This document shows, one piece after another, positions 1-10,600 of a DNA stretch of 45,495 bases. A program made the translations under genes and the position numbers. The stretch's first letter is position 1, and every line of letters starts with the position of its first letter. This stretch comes from Nemertoderma westbladi (lineage: Eukaryota; Animalia; Xenacoelomorpha), in NCBI GenBank assembly GCA_032718475.1, contig JAUCBJ010002367.1, positions 1 to 45,495 on the forward strand, read 5' to 3'. A model generated the notes under the pieces. The model was not told the DNA's origin, searched no databases, and saw nothing but the letters and a program-made list of their open reading frames with translations.

Positions 1-905
1 TAGGGGCCCTACGGTTAATATTTACTATTTTATAAGAGTCAATGAGTTGCTTGGTCCTGATGTCTGTTCTTAGAATAGGTGTATGTTTGTCTACTATCTT
101 TTGTATTGATCCTAATATAGGTTCAGTGTTACTAACATAAAATATGGTATATTTACTTTTATTTTGTTTTTTATCATTTTGTAGAGATTCTAACTGTGTC
201 TGAATAGCTGCCGCTGCAAATTGTGTAGTAACATCGGCCATTCTCCAACCCCTAGCAATGAATGCTGCTCCATTATTCATAAAGTGCTTGCATTAAATCC
301 TCCATTCGTGAATTGTTACGCCTCAATCGCAGGGCAACCCCATATGGAACGTGTTTAAGTTGACTGTGCGGATGGGCTGAGTGCGGACATATATATTGAT
401 GGACGTCTGTTGGTTTGTGGTATATTTTTGTTTGAAGTATTCCATTGTCATCAAAAAATATAGTTAAATCTAAGTAATTAATTTTCCTTCCATATTCTTC
501 TAATTTAAACTTTATTTTCCCAGGTTTAACGGTGTTGTTGAGGTGGTCGATCAGAATACCGATATCTTCATCTTCTTGTTCAAGTGTAATAGCTATTCCA
601 TCATCTCTAAATCGTTTCCATTCTTCTGGAGGCTTTGGTGAAGTTCGGACTGCTGTATCAATATATTCAGCACCAAAAATGTCTGTGTAAGAGCAAGAGT
701 ATGATGGGCCCATTGCCGACCCATCTACTTGTGTGTAATGTTTTCCATTAAAACTACAATTATTACAATTTAAACATAATTCTAGAGCTTCAGTCAAACA
801 TTCTACTGGGGGAGAGTCTTCTAGTAATAAATCTGGGTGTTCCGTAATTGTTCTCCTAACTGCTGCAATACCCGTTATGTTATCCACTGAAGGGAAGGAA
901 CTAAA
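1..905 (-). pseudogene. Penelope-like element reverse transcriptase, thumb and linker fragment (frameshift near 275, runs off the window start)
   Basis: ORF 273-887 has PLE-type RT motifs: Q.dGsAMGPS.S.sY..IF, WKRFRDDG, YLDL, YHKPTD..QY...SAHP...vPYG.ALRLRRN. Another frame continues AFIARGW...KHTPIL...NRRAP towards base 1. Confidence 0.88.
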
Positions 906-909
906 TATT

Positions 910-1240
910 GAAAACTAAATATGAAATTAAACAGCGCCTTACCTGTGATGACAAAGATATAATATATGTAACTTACAAGGAATCGGATCAACAGAAACAT
1001 TTAAACCAAGGCTATCACAATATAAGTGTAATATAAAGAATCATAAGCCACAAACGACTATAGAGAAACATTTTTGTAAAAATGAAAACCATGATTTTTC
1101 GCATTTCGAAATAACACCCATTGAAAAGGTCCATTACAAAGGCAGGGGAAAGAAAGATCCGCGACGGGAGATCCATACAAGGGAAGGATACTGGCAGTGC
1201 ACCTTAAGAACAATCAAGCCATTTGGTCTCAACACTATAA
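910..1240 (+). pseudogene. Penelope-like GIY-YIG endonuclease fragment, inverted relative to the RT fragment
   Basis: Manual translation gives LTCDDKDIIY / (frameshift) CNLQGIGSTETFKPRLSQYK...IEKHF...H...ITPIEKV...REGYWQCTLRTIKPFGLN, matching the PLE GIY-YIG pattern (IY..YIG, R, HF, RE.YW...L.T..P.GLN). Confidence 0.82.
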
Positions 1241-1503
1241 ATGGCCGTTATATCGAACCGCCCATGTCCAAGGAACAGCTCACGCGTGAATTGGACTATA
1301 GAAAATTCACCGCTCGCTATACGCATCGTAATGGTACATATATGGACTTCTTAACTACTGGCCATCCTATCGATTTACACGATACGGACGATCTAGACAC
1401 CGAAAGGGAAATGGTTCTCTTTAAATATCATACCCAGCGGAGTCGGAACGATAAACCGAGAATCGAACACGAGAATTCTATTCGAAACCGCCTCGAAAGA
1501 TAG
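1241..1503 (+). pseudogene. Accessory ORF N-terminal fragment of copy A (unknown function)
   Basis: GRYIEPPMSKEQLTRELDYRKFTARY... is homologous to 13902-14354 (B) and 20488-20874 (C). Confidence 0.75.
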
Positions 1504-2325
1504 AATGTGGAGGAAAGTTTAAAAGAGCAAGTAGAGGAGAACCCACTGGAGAAAAATCATACGTTAATGTCCAGGGTCCATAATGTGAACAGTTCCCCGG
1601 GGAGTTTCCCCGGGGCACGGGTGCTCGCGGGCGGTCTCCTTCGGGAGGCTGTAATTTCCTCTTACTTCATCCTCTTCCTGCAATTATTGTGATCAGTGTC
1701 GCAATCAAAGAGCAAGAATGAATGATGACGTAACGGGAAAACATGTCCATCATGGTATCTTATAGATACTACCACATATCCTTCCCCCTCCTTACTACTA
1801 TTCTCCCTCTATACATCGCTATTAAAGATACAACATACTTCGTCCCATCCTCTCTTCCCAACGCGCTCGGAGCTTTTGGGAGACGATCGACCAATCATTG
1901 CCGTATCGTGGTATTGATCGTAACGCCTCTTACTAAACCTCCCACCCTTACTGTTTATTTGGATGCTTATATTGGTGTCCGCACCTCCTGTCCATGTACC
2001 ATTGTGTTGGTATTTATAATATCAACTTCCATCCCTCTTGTTGTTGATTAGATAATCAACCACCAATAATTTCCTTAAGTCCACGACCGTGATACAAGGA
2101 CTGAAAGGACACGTGGATAGTCTGTGAACAACTGGTACCATTATGTGTCATAAATCTGGTTGTTCACCTCCCTTAATGATCGGGGATAAATTCATTTGAA
2201 GATGGTCTTCGAATGTTGCATCCTCCTACTGAGATCGTATTTCTGAATATTTCGGAATGCGACATAGGTCTTCCCCTGTTCTCTACCATCAATGGCGGAA
2301 AACCTATTAGGAATACAACAGGAAC

Positions 2326-2961
2326 ATGGAGAACATTCCATATCCTTTCATAGATACTCAGCTGATTGCTCCCTGGGCAGAAGGCCGAGGTTTCTTCCGA
2401 ACTACGTATGCCAATACACCCAGCGGCATCAACAAAGTACAACGAACCTCCATCGGACATCTTGCCTTTCAAGAATACGGATGGAATTTCAAAGTCGGAA
2501 ACCCTATAAACTATCAACAAGTATATGGAGATCATTATTCTCGATTATACTTCGACGGACCATTGACCGCACCTGGCGTCGTGTATAGCTTCATGAGTGT
2601 TCCACTTCGTCCCTCATTAGCTATATACACTATCTTCGAGAACGCCGCACTTGCCGGTTGGCTAGCCGATGTGTGCAGTCGTACTATACGCGCCCATCCC
2701 TTAATGCTTGGAACTCAACACGCCAAGTTAGATGAACACAATAAATTCATCCGTTTCGAATGCTTCAGGCGCTTTCTGACTCCGTTCCGCAACGTTGATA
2801 GTCAGTTCAAGGACCGCGCTCTGACCAAGCTCAGCCTAAGAGACTCAGCTGCTGAGAAGTTAGACAACGCTGGATTCGCCATTTTCAAGGACGTTTGTAT
2901 ACAGAACTTACATCCCCACGGGTTATTCTATCGTGGAAGTTCAGACACTGGGTTCGCTTGA
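2326..2961 (+). CDS. Accessory ORF segment of copy A, 211 aa, unknown function (absent from B and C)
   Basis: Open, protein-like frame on the element's sense strand inside the accessory region; no motif recognised. Confidence 0.55.
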   Translation: MENIPYPFIDTQLIAPWAEGRGFFRTTYANTPSGINKVQRTSIGHLAFQEYGWNFKVGNPINYQQVYGDHYSRLYFDGPLTAPGVVYSFMSVPLRPSLAIYTIFENAALAGWLADVCSRTIRAHPLMLGTQHAKLDEHNKFIRFECFRRFLTPFRNVDSQFKDRALTKLSLRDSAAEKLDNAGFAIFKDVCIQNLHPHGLFYRGSSDTGFA

Positions 2962-4052
2962 GGAGACAGCTACACCTACCTCAGCTATGCAATCGGAAGA
3001 CGAACCAATATGCTTAGAATCCGAGGAGATTCAACCTACGACATCCCGGAGTAGTGACAACGACTACGTACTGGAATGGTATCAGGGTCTGCAATGTCTC
3101 ACAGCGTACGATTATCGGCATGCCAATTATGTCTCTAGGAAACGTTGCCGATTATGCGCATCTCGAGACCATTTCACCCCTATAGACTCCAATGTACCCT
3201 GCTCCTACTTCCATGAACAGCCTACTATGGAGATCTATTGTGCGTATTGTAGACTCAATAATGTGCACATTTTCTCAGTCTGCCCCCAGTTTATGACTCA
3301 ATGCCATCATTGTCAGTTTAAAGGACATGCAAGTTTTGATTGCCCTTTCAACCGCGATCTAGAAAGCGTAGATGAAATGATTACCCTGCGCTATGTCCGA
3401 GCTTGGGAAGCGAACGCGGATTTACATTGTGAGTCACGTCATCGTTATTACCCTGGACGCGCCTACGAAGGAGTTTATGCGTTCCACCCTTATCTATTCG
3501 CGTCTGTTGAACAAAAATCTCGCATACCGAGTTACGAACTAATGAAGCGTGTTGGCGAGAGTATTTCAACCAAATTTGTTCGTAAATATCACAGGAACAT
3601 TAATCCCAACGATCTCAATTTCTATAACTTGATCAACTTCATTCGTTAAGATCCGGAATATGGCGATTTGTTCATCAACTCGCATCCAGAACTACAGGAA
3701 GTTCATAGACGACCCTATGAATATAGAGCTCGAGAACTCGAGTTGGAAAGAACCATCAAACCGAGGAAATTTCTCACTACTCACGGTCTACCCACCGCTC
3801 TCGTGCAAACGACTCGTCAGGGACCAGTAAGAGCTGCTGTACTGAAACGCGCTTTGAAGGTTGTTCGACCTCGCTCCACTGAGGTTGATATCGATCAACC
3901 GGGTACCTCGACCGGCGGATACACCGACCGTAATCCTAAACCTTCCGATGCAATTGTATAGCCCTCCTAGTAAAGTGGCTCGCACCAAAGAGAAAAGGAC
4001 TCTTGCTAGCCTTAAAAAACTGTGTAAACGCCGTCCGCGTAAGAAAGACTAA
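2933..4052 (+). pseudogene. Accessory ORF with three Cys/His zinc knuckles and a basic C-terminus (in-frame stop at 3647-3649 and further disruptions)
   Basis: CRLCASRDH(X9)C, CAYCRLNNVHIFSVC, CHHCQFKGHASFDC. The downstream part (IKPRKFLTTHG...KKLCKRRPRKKD) is shared with B and C. Confidence 0.7.
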
Positions 4053-4122
4053 CTGTTTAGAGTATTTTTATATTTTAGAAACTGTGATTTTTTATATTTT
4101 ATAGAATTAAATCCCATTTTCT

Positions 4123-4130
4123 GGGAGCGG
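4123..4130 (+). promoter_or_regulatory. Polypurine tract of copy A
   Basis: GGGAGCGG immediately before the LTR-initial TG; the same site occurs at 15515-15522 (B) and as GGGAGTGG at 18773-18780 on the minus strand (C). Confidence 0.75.
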
Positions 4131-4407
4131 TGTAAAAGCTTTTGCGGATATAACCAGTCATTTTTCTCCGCAATGAACTGTTTAGTTGTTTTAGCGGACA
4201 TAACAAGCTATTTTCTCCGCAATGTACCCTGTAAGTGTTTTAGCGGACATAACAAGCCATTTTCTCTGCAATGTACCCTGTAGGTGTTTTAGCGGACATA
4301 ACAAGCCATTTTATGCCACAATACGCCAAATACTCTAAATAGAGTGTAGTTCAGATGACGAAATCTGTCAGCTGATTTGATGTCGATGTGGAGCTTTCTT
4401 ACCTTTC
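4131..4407 (+). repeat. Copy A 3' LTR, first part; contains ~39-40-bp tandem subrepeats with core TTTAGCGGACATAACAAGC
   Basis: Starts TGTAAAAGCTTTTGCGGA and ends at the CTTTC target duplication (4403-4407). Confidence 0.85.
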
Positions 4408-5600
4408 TGTAAAAGCTTTTGCGGATATAGCTAGTCATTTTCCCCGCAAAGTACTCTGTAGGTGTTTTAGCGGACATAAAAAGCCGTTTTCCTACTGTGT
4501 AGGTGTTTTAGTGGACATAAAAAGCCATTTCTTCTGTATGTGTACTTTAGCGGACATAACTAGCGATTTTATGCCGCAATGCACCAAATACTTAATACAG
4601 TGTAGTCCGATGACGACATCTATCAGCTGATATGTCGACGTGTAGCTTTTGGCTTTCTTTGTTCTTTGTTTGGCTCGCTCGACCAATCAGAGCGATTTTC
4701 ACTTTGTGTTGTACCATACCTACAGAAACTCACGCAATTCAGTCAGTGTGTATTTTTCCTAAGCCTAGAACACCGGCTGTGGAATTATTCTGTGTTTCAG
4801 ACTTTAGCCAAACATTAGAACGGCTTTGATTATAGAAACGTATAACTGTTATCAAACTTATCACAAACCATATCAAAGCAGACTCATAGCAAATAAACTC
4901 AATCTTTCACCGCATTATTTTACTGCTATTTATTGTCGGTTATTAATTGTATCAGTTGATGGAACATTGTTATATTTGGAGAATAACGATAAATAACCAG
5001 AAAACCCCAATCTTCTTGATATACTAAAGGTTAGAGAGACTGGTTACATATAGCAATTGCGACTTACATTAAAGTGGTTTTGGAGTGAATCTAATGCTAT
5101 TTCATAGGCCCTACATGTGTCGGTTGCTGTTCTCTTTATATGTGACTAAAATTAGTGAAGGTCGGCAGATCAGTGTGCAGCAGTGTGCGGTATTGTGCAT
5201 GAGTGTGATAGATAACAAAGCATCTCCTAAAGAATGCGCCTTATACGTGAATCAATAGCCATCCCGTTGTGTCTAGTGTAAGTCATAACTCTGTTTATAT
5301 ACTTAGAGCGCCACGTCCTAAAAGGAACTGTTAATATTTCCCGAAAGTGAATAATATTTGTCAGAGATTATATATAAACGATCAATCGAATAGTACAGTA
5401 GGCCTACACCGCAATAAGGTCAGAGCTTCCGAATCCAGTCTCCTGGGTAAATCCAGTGGGTGAATGGTCGCGCATAGGCTGGCTTCGGCTAATGTAGTTT
5501 TATGTGCATCAAATATTTGTCATAGGCTAAAGTCGATTTATAACCTAGAAGACACCTAAATTTGGCAGGTTAAACTGCTAAAGGTCTAAAAGCGCGAACA
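4408..5600 (+). repeat. Copy B 5' LTR (1193 bp)
   Basis: TGTAAAAGC...GCGCGAACA; about 14 substitutions against the 3' LTR by eye (~1%); CCAAT at ~4683. Confidence 0.95.
4842..4852 (+). promoter_or_regulatory. Putative 11-nt self-primer in the LTR (ATAACTGTTAT); homologues at 15957-15967, 16915-16925, 18354-18364 (minus), 34623-34633 (minus)
   Basis: Exact reverse complement of 5601-5611; covaries with the PBS-position sequence between copies B and C. Confidence 0.7.
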
Positions 5601-5611
5601 ATAACAGTTAT
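5601..5611 (+). promoter_or_regulatory. Non-tRNA primer-binding site of copy B (ATAACAGTTAT)
   Basis: Directly abuts the LTR end, lacks the TGG of a tRNA PBS, and is complementary to 4842-4852. Confidence 0.7.
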
Positions 5612-7601
5612 CGGTCTCAGAGAATATAGTTGTCTATTGTTCTGGTAAGAACAATAACAGTTATATCTTCTGATTGCAGTGTAGGCAATAAATATAGTTG
5701 TCTATTGTTCTGGTAAGAACAATAACAGTTATTGCTTCTTTATTGCAAAGTAGGCAATAAAGCAAAGGTACCGGTCGACCGGTAACCAGTAGGCCTGACT
5801 GCCTAACCACCCGAACCGGTACTTACAGCAGTACAGGTACAGCAGTATTATTCGATTTTGATAATTATATACCAGTAGGTCTTGATATTTAATCGGGGAC
5901 GCCTGGTTTTTTATTGGGATTTTACTTAGGCCTATTTCTGTCAGTTTTATTTATTTGAAAGTTAATATTGAACAGAAGGCGTGTAAGCCTGCTCAGATTG
6001 TACAGATAATTTGTAGGCTGGATTGTTGTCTGGCTGTTGTTAAGTCTGAAGAGATTGCAGTGTGTGTAGAGTATATGTCCGATAAAGTACTAGTTAGGAA
6101 CGTAGGGGCTTCCAGTGCTGTAAGGTAAATCCCCTCCCGAAAGAATAAGTCGTACTACTCGGTTAGAACGCATACTAACTAACCATTTCGGAGTCTGCAT
6201 ATACTGTAGTTTATTTAGGCTTGATAGTAGTCTGCCAGCATTTGGTTTTTATTTTGTTTGTGTAGTCTGTACGGGTAGCGTAATATTTATTATTCAGAGT
6301 TTATGCGATTATTCGCAACATTCACAAACCCCAAGTTTATTCCTACAGTAATTGTGCTTATTATACATACCGTTATAGTTAAATTAACCCCGGTACTACA
6401 TCAGGGCTGCTCGGCGTAGGTAAAGACTGGAGATTTTATGCTTTGGTCACTCCGGCAGATACCGTGGTTCTTTTAGCTGTACAAGTATTTTTAACTGCTG
6501 ATTATTTGTTGTATAAGTACTTGTACCTAATTTAGGGTTTAGTGTACAGTGCTTTCCGAAGGTAATTAGTGTGTAGGCAGTATATTTGTGTTGTAAAGTG
6601 GTTAATAGGCACGTTGGCTCTGGTAGGCCGTGGTAATTAACTTCTAGGTAGGAACACTCCGTGTACATAACGTAGTACTTATAGCGCTATGGCTATTTTT
6701 GGGTATTTTTCCTATCTGGACAACGCAATATATTTACTACTGCTTTATTATTTTCAAATACCGTAGTATCCTGTCCGCTTGTAATAACCAGATATTCTAA
6801 CCCTTTGTTAGGCTGGTTTGTAGATTTCTTGTAAAATTAACCCTAAAAATTCGTACGTGTAATTTTTGTGTTTATTTAGAGATTGTAATCTCACCCCGCA
6901 ATTGTATGTAATTTGTAGTAATAAGTTTGTTTTAGTGTCCAATTAGTACCACTTCACTGAGAGCGTACAGCTTCGGTGTAGTGACTCCTTCCCAGAAATA
7001 ATAACATTTATTTCAAATATTGTAACGAAACCCATTAAACGGGTATATATATTATAAATCAACTCAAACCGATTTATAAAATAGTAGGCCTGTCATACAT
7101 CAATTAGGTCTTAATATCAGTTGGACTACTGCTTAAATAACGGTAATAAAGTAAGTAAAGTAACCAAGTAACCCCTAAAATTCAGAAATTCAATTATTCT
7201 AAAATAATTGACATACCGGTATTTACAATAGGCTTATTATATTTATTTCTATAAATTTGAGCTGAAATTATATACCGGTATTCTGTAATTAATTCTAGTC
7301 TATAATTATACTTATATATACTATAAGTGTAAGCTGTATACCGGTATTCACGATAGGCTTATTATATATTTATATATATTTGTGCTGAAATTATATACCG
7401 GTATTCTGTGACAAACCTAGTCTGTAATAATACTTATATATATACTATAAGTGTATACCAGTACTCTAATATATTGTATATATATCGCGTTACATAGAGT
7501 AACGATATCGGTAATTAATTACTAGGCTAACAGTGATACTGAATTACTAGACTTGCTTTAACTGTAATTATAGTAGTAGGCATTCAACTGTACAATCAAA
7601 C

Positions 7602-10600
7602 ATGGCTGACACAAGGCAAACTCTGTCAGATAGTCTCCTAGAAACAACAGTCTGTTTCTCAGATAGGAGTATAGAGAATCCCAGACTGAGGTCTGAGACC
7701 CCTCCTACTGTAAGAAAGGCACCCCTACAGTAGTTGTGTCAGAACCTAGGTTAGTAGAAGCAATTTCGCAATTTGCGAAGTTAGTGAAGCGCCGTAGGTC
7801 TGTCATAGGCACTCAGGCTCAAGTCAAGCGGGACCAAGAAGCAGCTGTTAAACAGCAGCAACACCCTAGCCGAGAACTTATTTCTCAGCGGCCCGATAGC
7901 GCCAGTAGTTCGGATACTGTAGAGCTGACACCCGAGCGCGGAGCAAAGATGGCAGATGCGGTTTATTCAGATCCCCTTCTCATTCTTCCTGCAGCCGTAC
8001 TCACTAGGGTATTGATTGCGGTGGAGGAACACCAAATTGATTGGGCGAGAAGTAAGCGATCGACCAAGGACAGTTATGCGGGATATACAAGGGAGGAACT
8101 GAAGTCTATTGTCGAGTCGCAATGGAACTTCCCTGGACCCGGACTCCCGTTTGACTTATCGGAAGCTGCCTGGGAAGACATACACAGGATGGGAGTGACA
8201 AAGCATACTAGTGATCGAGCTGTATGGAAGAGGTCGGCAGCAGGATACGTACAGGGATTCTTCAGCTCTTTGGAGCGATTAGAGGAACAACTGTTTCAAC
8301 AACCACAAGGACCTCAAGAGCAGGGAGAGCTGCTTTATCAAGTTAGAGAAAGAATTCTAAGAATCAGACTAATCCTATCGGCCTTTGAGGAAGCTTCGAA
8401 AAGAAGACAAGACACGTCGTTGCAAGTTGCCGTAAAGACTTGGTTCCAGCGGGTGGGTCTCAAGGTTCAAGAAACAGCCCAGTGGAAATCTCAGCTGGCT
8501 GAGCGCTTAACCCATGGAGAATCAACAGACGCTACCTTTTCTCAAGTGGAAAGCGAAGCGACAGCAGAGAAACCGCAGAAGAGGGACGCTATTGACATCT
8601 ATCTGTCAGACTATCAAAGATTTATAGGTGCCGAAGAGTTGAGGAGATGGCTGGCTGGACTTCGCCCTAATAGTGAAGGAGCCAAGTTTGTATTGGACGC
8701 ATTAGATACGGAAATGTTAGCTGCGAACCAAGCTAAATTTGATGAAAGACTCCGCATCGCTAGGGTCCAAGAAGAACAAGTAAAGAGAAAACGTATAGAA
8801 GACAGAAAGACAGCAGCAGCGGCAATGGCAGCGGCAGAAGCGGAAAGAAAAGCGGCAGAGGCAGCAGCAGAGGCAAAAGCGGCAGCTGCAGCAGTAGAAG
8901 CAGAAAGAAAAGCGGCAGTGGCAGAAGCAGAAAGAAAGATAGCAGTGGCAGAAGCAGAACGGAGAGCGTCTGAAGAGACCACCCAACTAGAGTTGGAAAA
9001 TCTTCAAGAGAAGCAAGACTACATAAATAAACAGTTAACAGCTAGTCAAATGCAGATGATGAGTCGATCTACTCCCAAAAGACAGGGATTTACATCATCT
9101 GATGAAGGCGATACCACCGATCCTGAAGGCGGAGGAAATAGATCTCGTTCCAACAGACGTAGAAGAATGCCTCACCGTCAGAAATTGCCTGATTTGCCCC
9201 CAGCCGTGAGAAGGCAACTACCTAGCACAGACTTAGGTAGTACAGAACCCACAGACCAAATTATTAGAGTCAAAAGACTCCCTACTATAGTAGATGAGCC
9301 TGAAATAATTAGGCCTGTTCTCGAAGCCACCCCTTCGGTGATAGAGACACCTGTACTCCCTGAACCTACCTCTAAATTCCCTCTGCACAGCACTAAACTA
9401 CCTGTGCCCAACAGAACCACCCCTGAAAATGTTCATGTCCTGGACTCCGAGCGAAGTATTAATGATTTGTCGCCCATTGTCGCGCGTCCGCCCGCTACTA
9501 TGTTGGCGCCTCCCGCTTCGGCGGTCGAGTGGGTAGATGAGGGACGACGGGAGATGGGTCTCCTGCTCGGGCAGCTGAGGGAACACCGTTTGTGCTCCTC
9601 TCAGCAGGTCCGGGAGATGGAAGGGACTGTGCAGCAGTTAAAGGGAACAGTCAGAGAGTGTAGGTTAGAGTGCAGCAGAGTATCGCGTTAGAACGCGACA
9701 AATTTGTAAATATACAAAATGGTATACCACCACCTCCTGTAACAATGTGTCAACCTGTTAGGTCTGAAGTATTTCATGCGCAAGGTGTGGAGCCTACACG
9801 CATCTATACTGCTAGTGAAGTAGAAACTCCTATAGTAAACCCTATTAAGGGTAATTATAAAACCTGTTGACAATGATATTGCATATAGACCTGATCATAA
9901 TCCGAGAAATTTATATACCGATAACTCGATATTAAATAACACGATGGCCCAAGAATGTTTTACGCGTCAAATGGCTAGAACCAAAGCCCGTCAAGCGGTA
10001 AAGGTGGGAGAGATCGTCAAGTTCAATGGAGATGAGATGAAATGGTTACCTTTTAATGAATATTATAAAGATAACATACAGAACTCTATGCTATCTAACG
10101 GAGAGAAACTTAGATTCCTCATCGAGTGTTTGGAAGGACCTCCCAAGTTAATGGCGTTAAAGTTTATTGGACATCCAGATGGATTAAGACAAGTTTGGGA
10201 TACACTAAACATCAGGTATGGTAATAGGACTAACATAGCTAGGTATTTATATGCGAAATTAATGGCGCCCCGAAAGTTTCTTAGCAGCGGGATTATAGAG
10301 TTTTCCGACGAGATTCAGGAGATCTGTAGACAACTAGATTGGTTAGGTAAGTCTCATGAATACCAGAATTCTATGGTTGTAGGAGCCTTAGCATCTACTT
10401 TGCCCAAGGGTGGAGTAGGTACACACTGGGACAAGAAAGTGTTATATATGATGGAACAACAACGAAGAGACCCTACCATGGCTGATCTCATGTCATTCTT
10501 AGATGGAGAGGTAAAATTACAGCTCCTAAAGCAGTCCAGAGAGAAGACACCGGAAAATAAGGTAAGTGAGAAACCCGTTTCTAGGAGAAAGGTAATACCA

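Noticed and set aside
952-1503. In-frame fusion of the Penelope GIY-YIG C-terminus to the accessory ORF (…PFGLNTINGRYIEPPM…)
   Set aside because: The frame is open, but there is no start codon before 1264, the GIY half is frameshifted and the accessory part stops at 1503; an in-frame junction has about a 1-in-3 chance.
1743-2051. Hydrophobic 102-aa ORF as an env or membrane protein
   Set aside because: Short, lies in a stop-ridden segment with no homologue in the window, and has no env motifs; the coding frame is uncertain.
4289-4829. Small ORFs within the LTRs (repeated at 15607-15944, 16808-17074 and 34402-35154)
   Set aside because: Identical only because the LTRs are duplicated; frames are not conserved between A, B and C variants.
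5601-5660. Canonical tRNA primer-binding site
   Set aside because: No TGG within a few nt of the LTR end in B or C; the TGGTAAG at 5643 is a hairpin loop absent from C.
8614-8986. Antisense Ala/Ser-, Cys/Phe- and Leu/Pro/Phe-rich ORFs (also 30518-30835)
   Set aside because: Shadow frames of the Gag AEAERKAA repeat.
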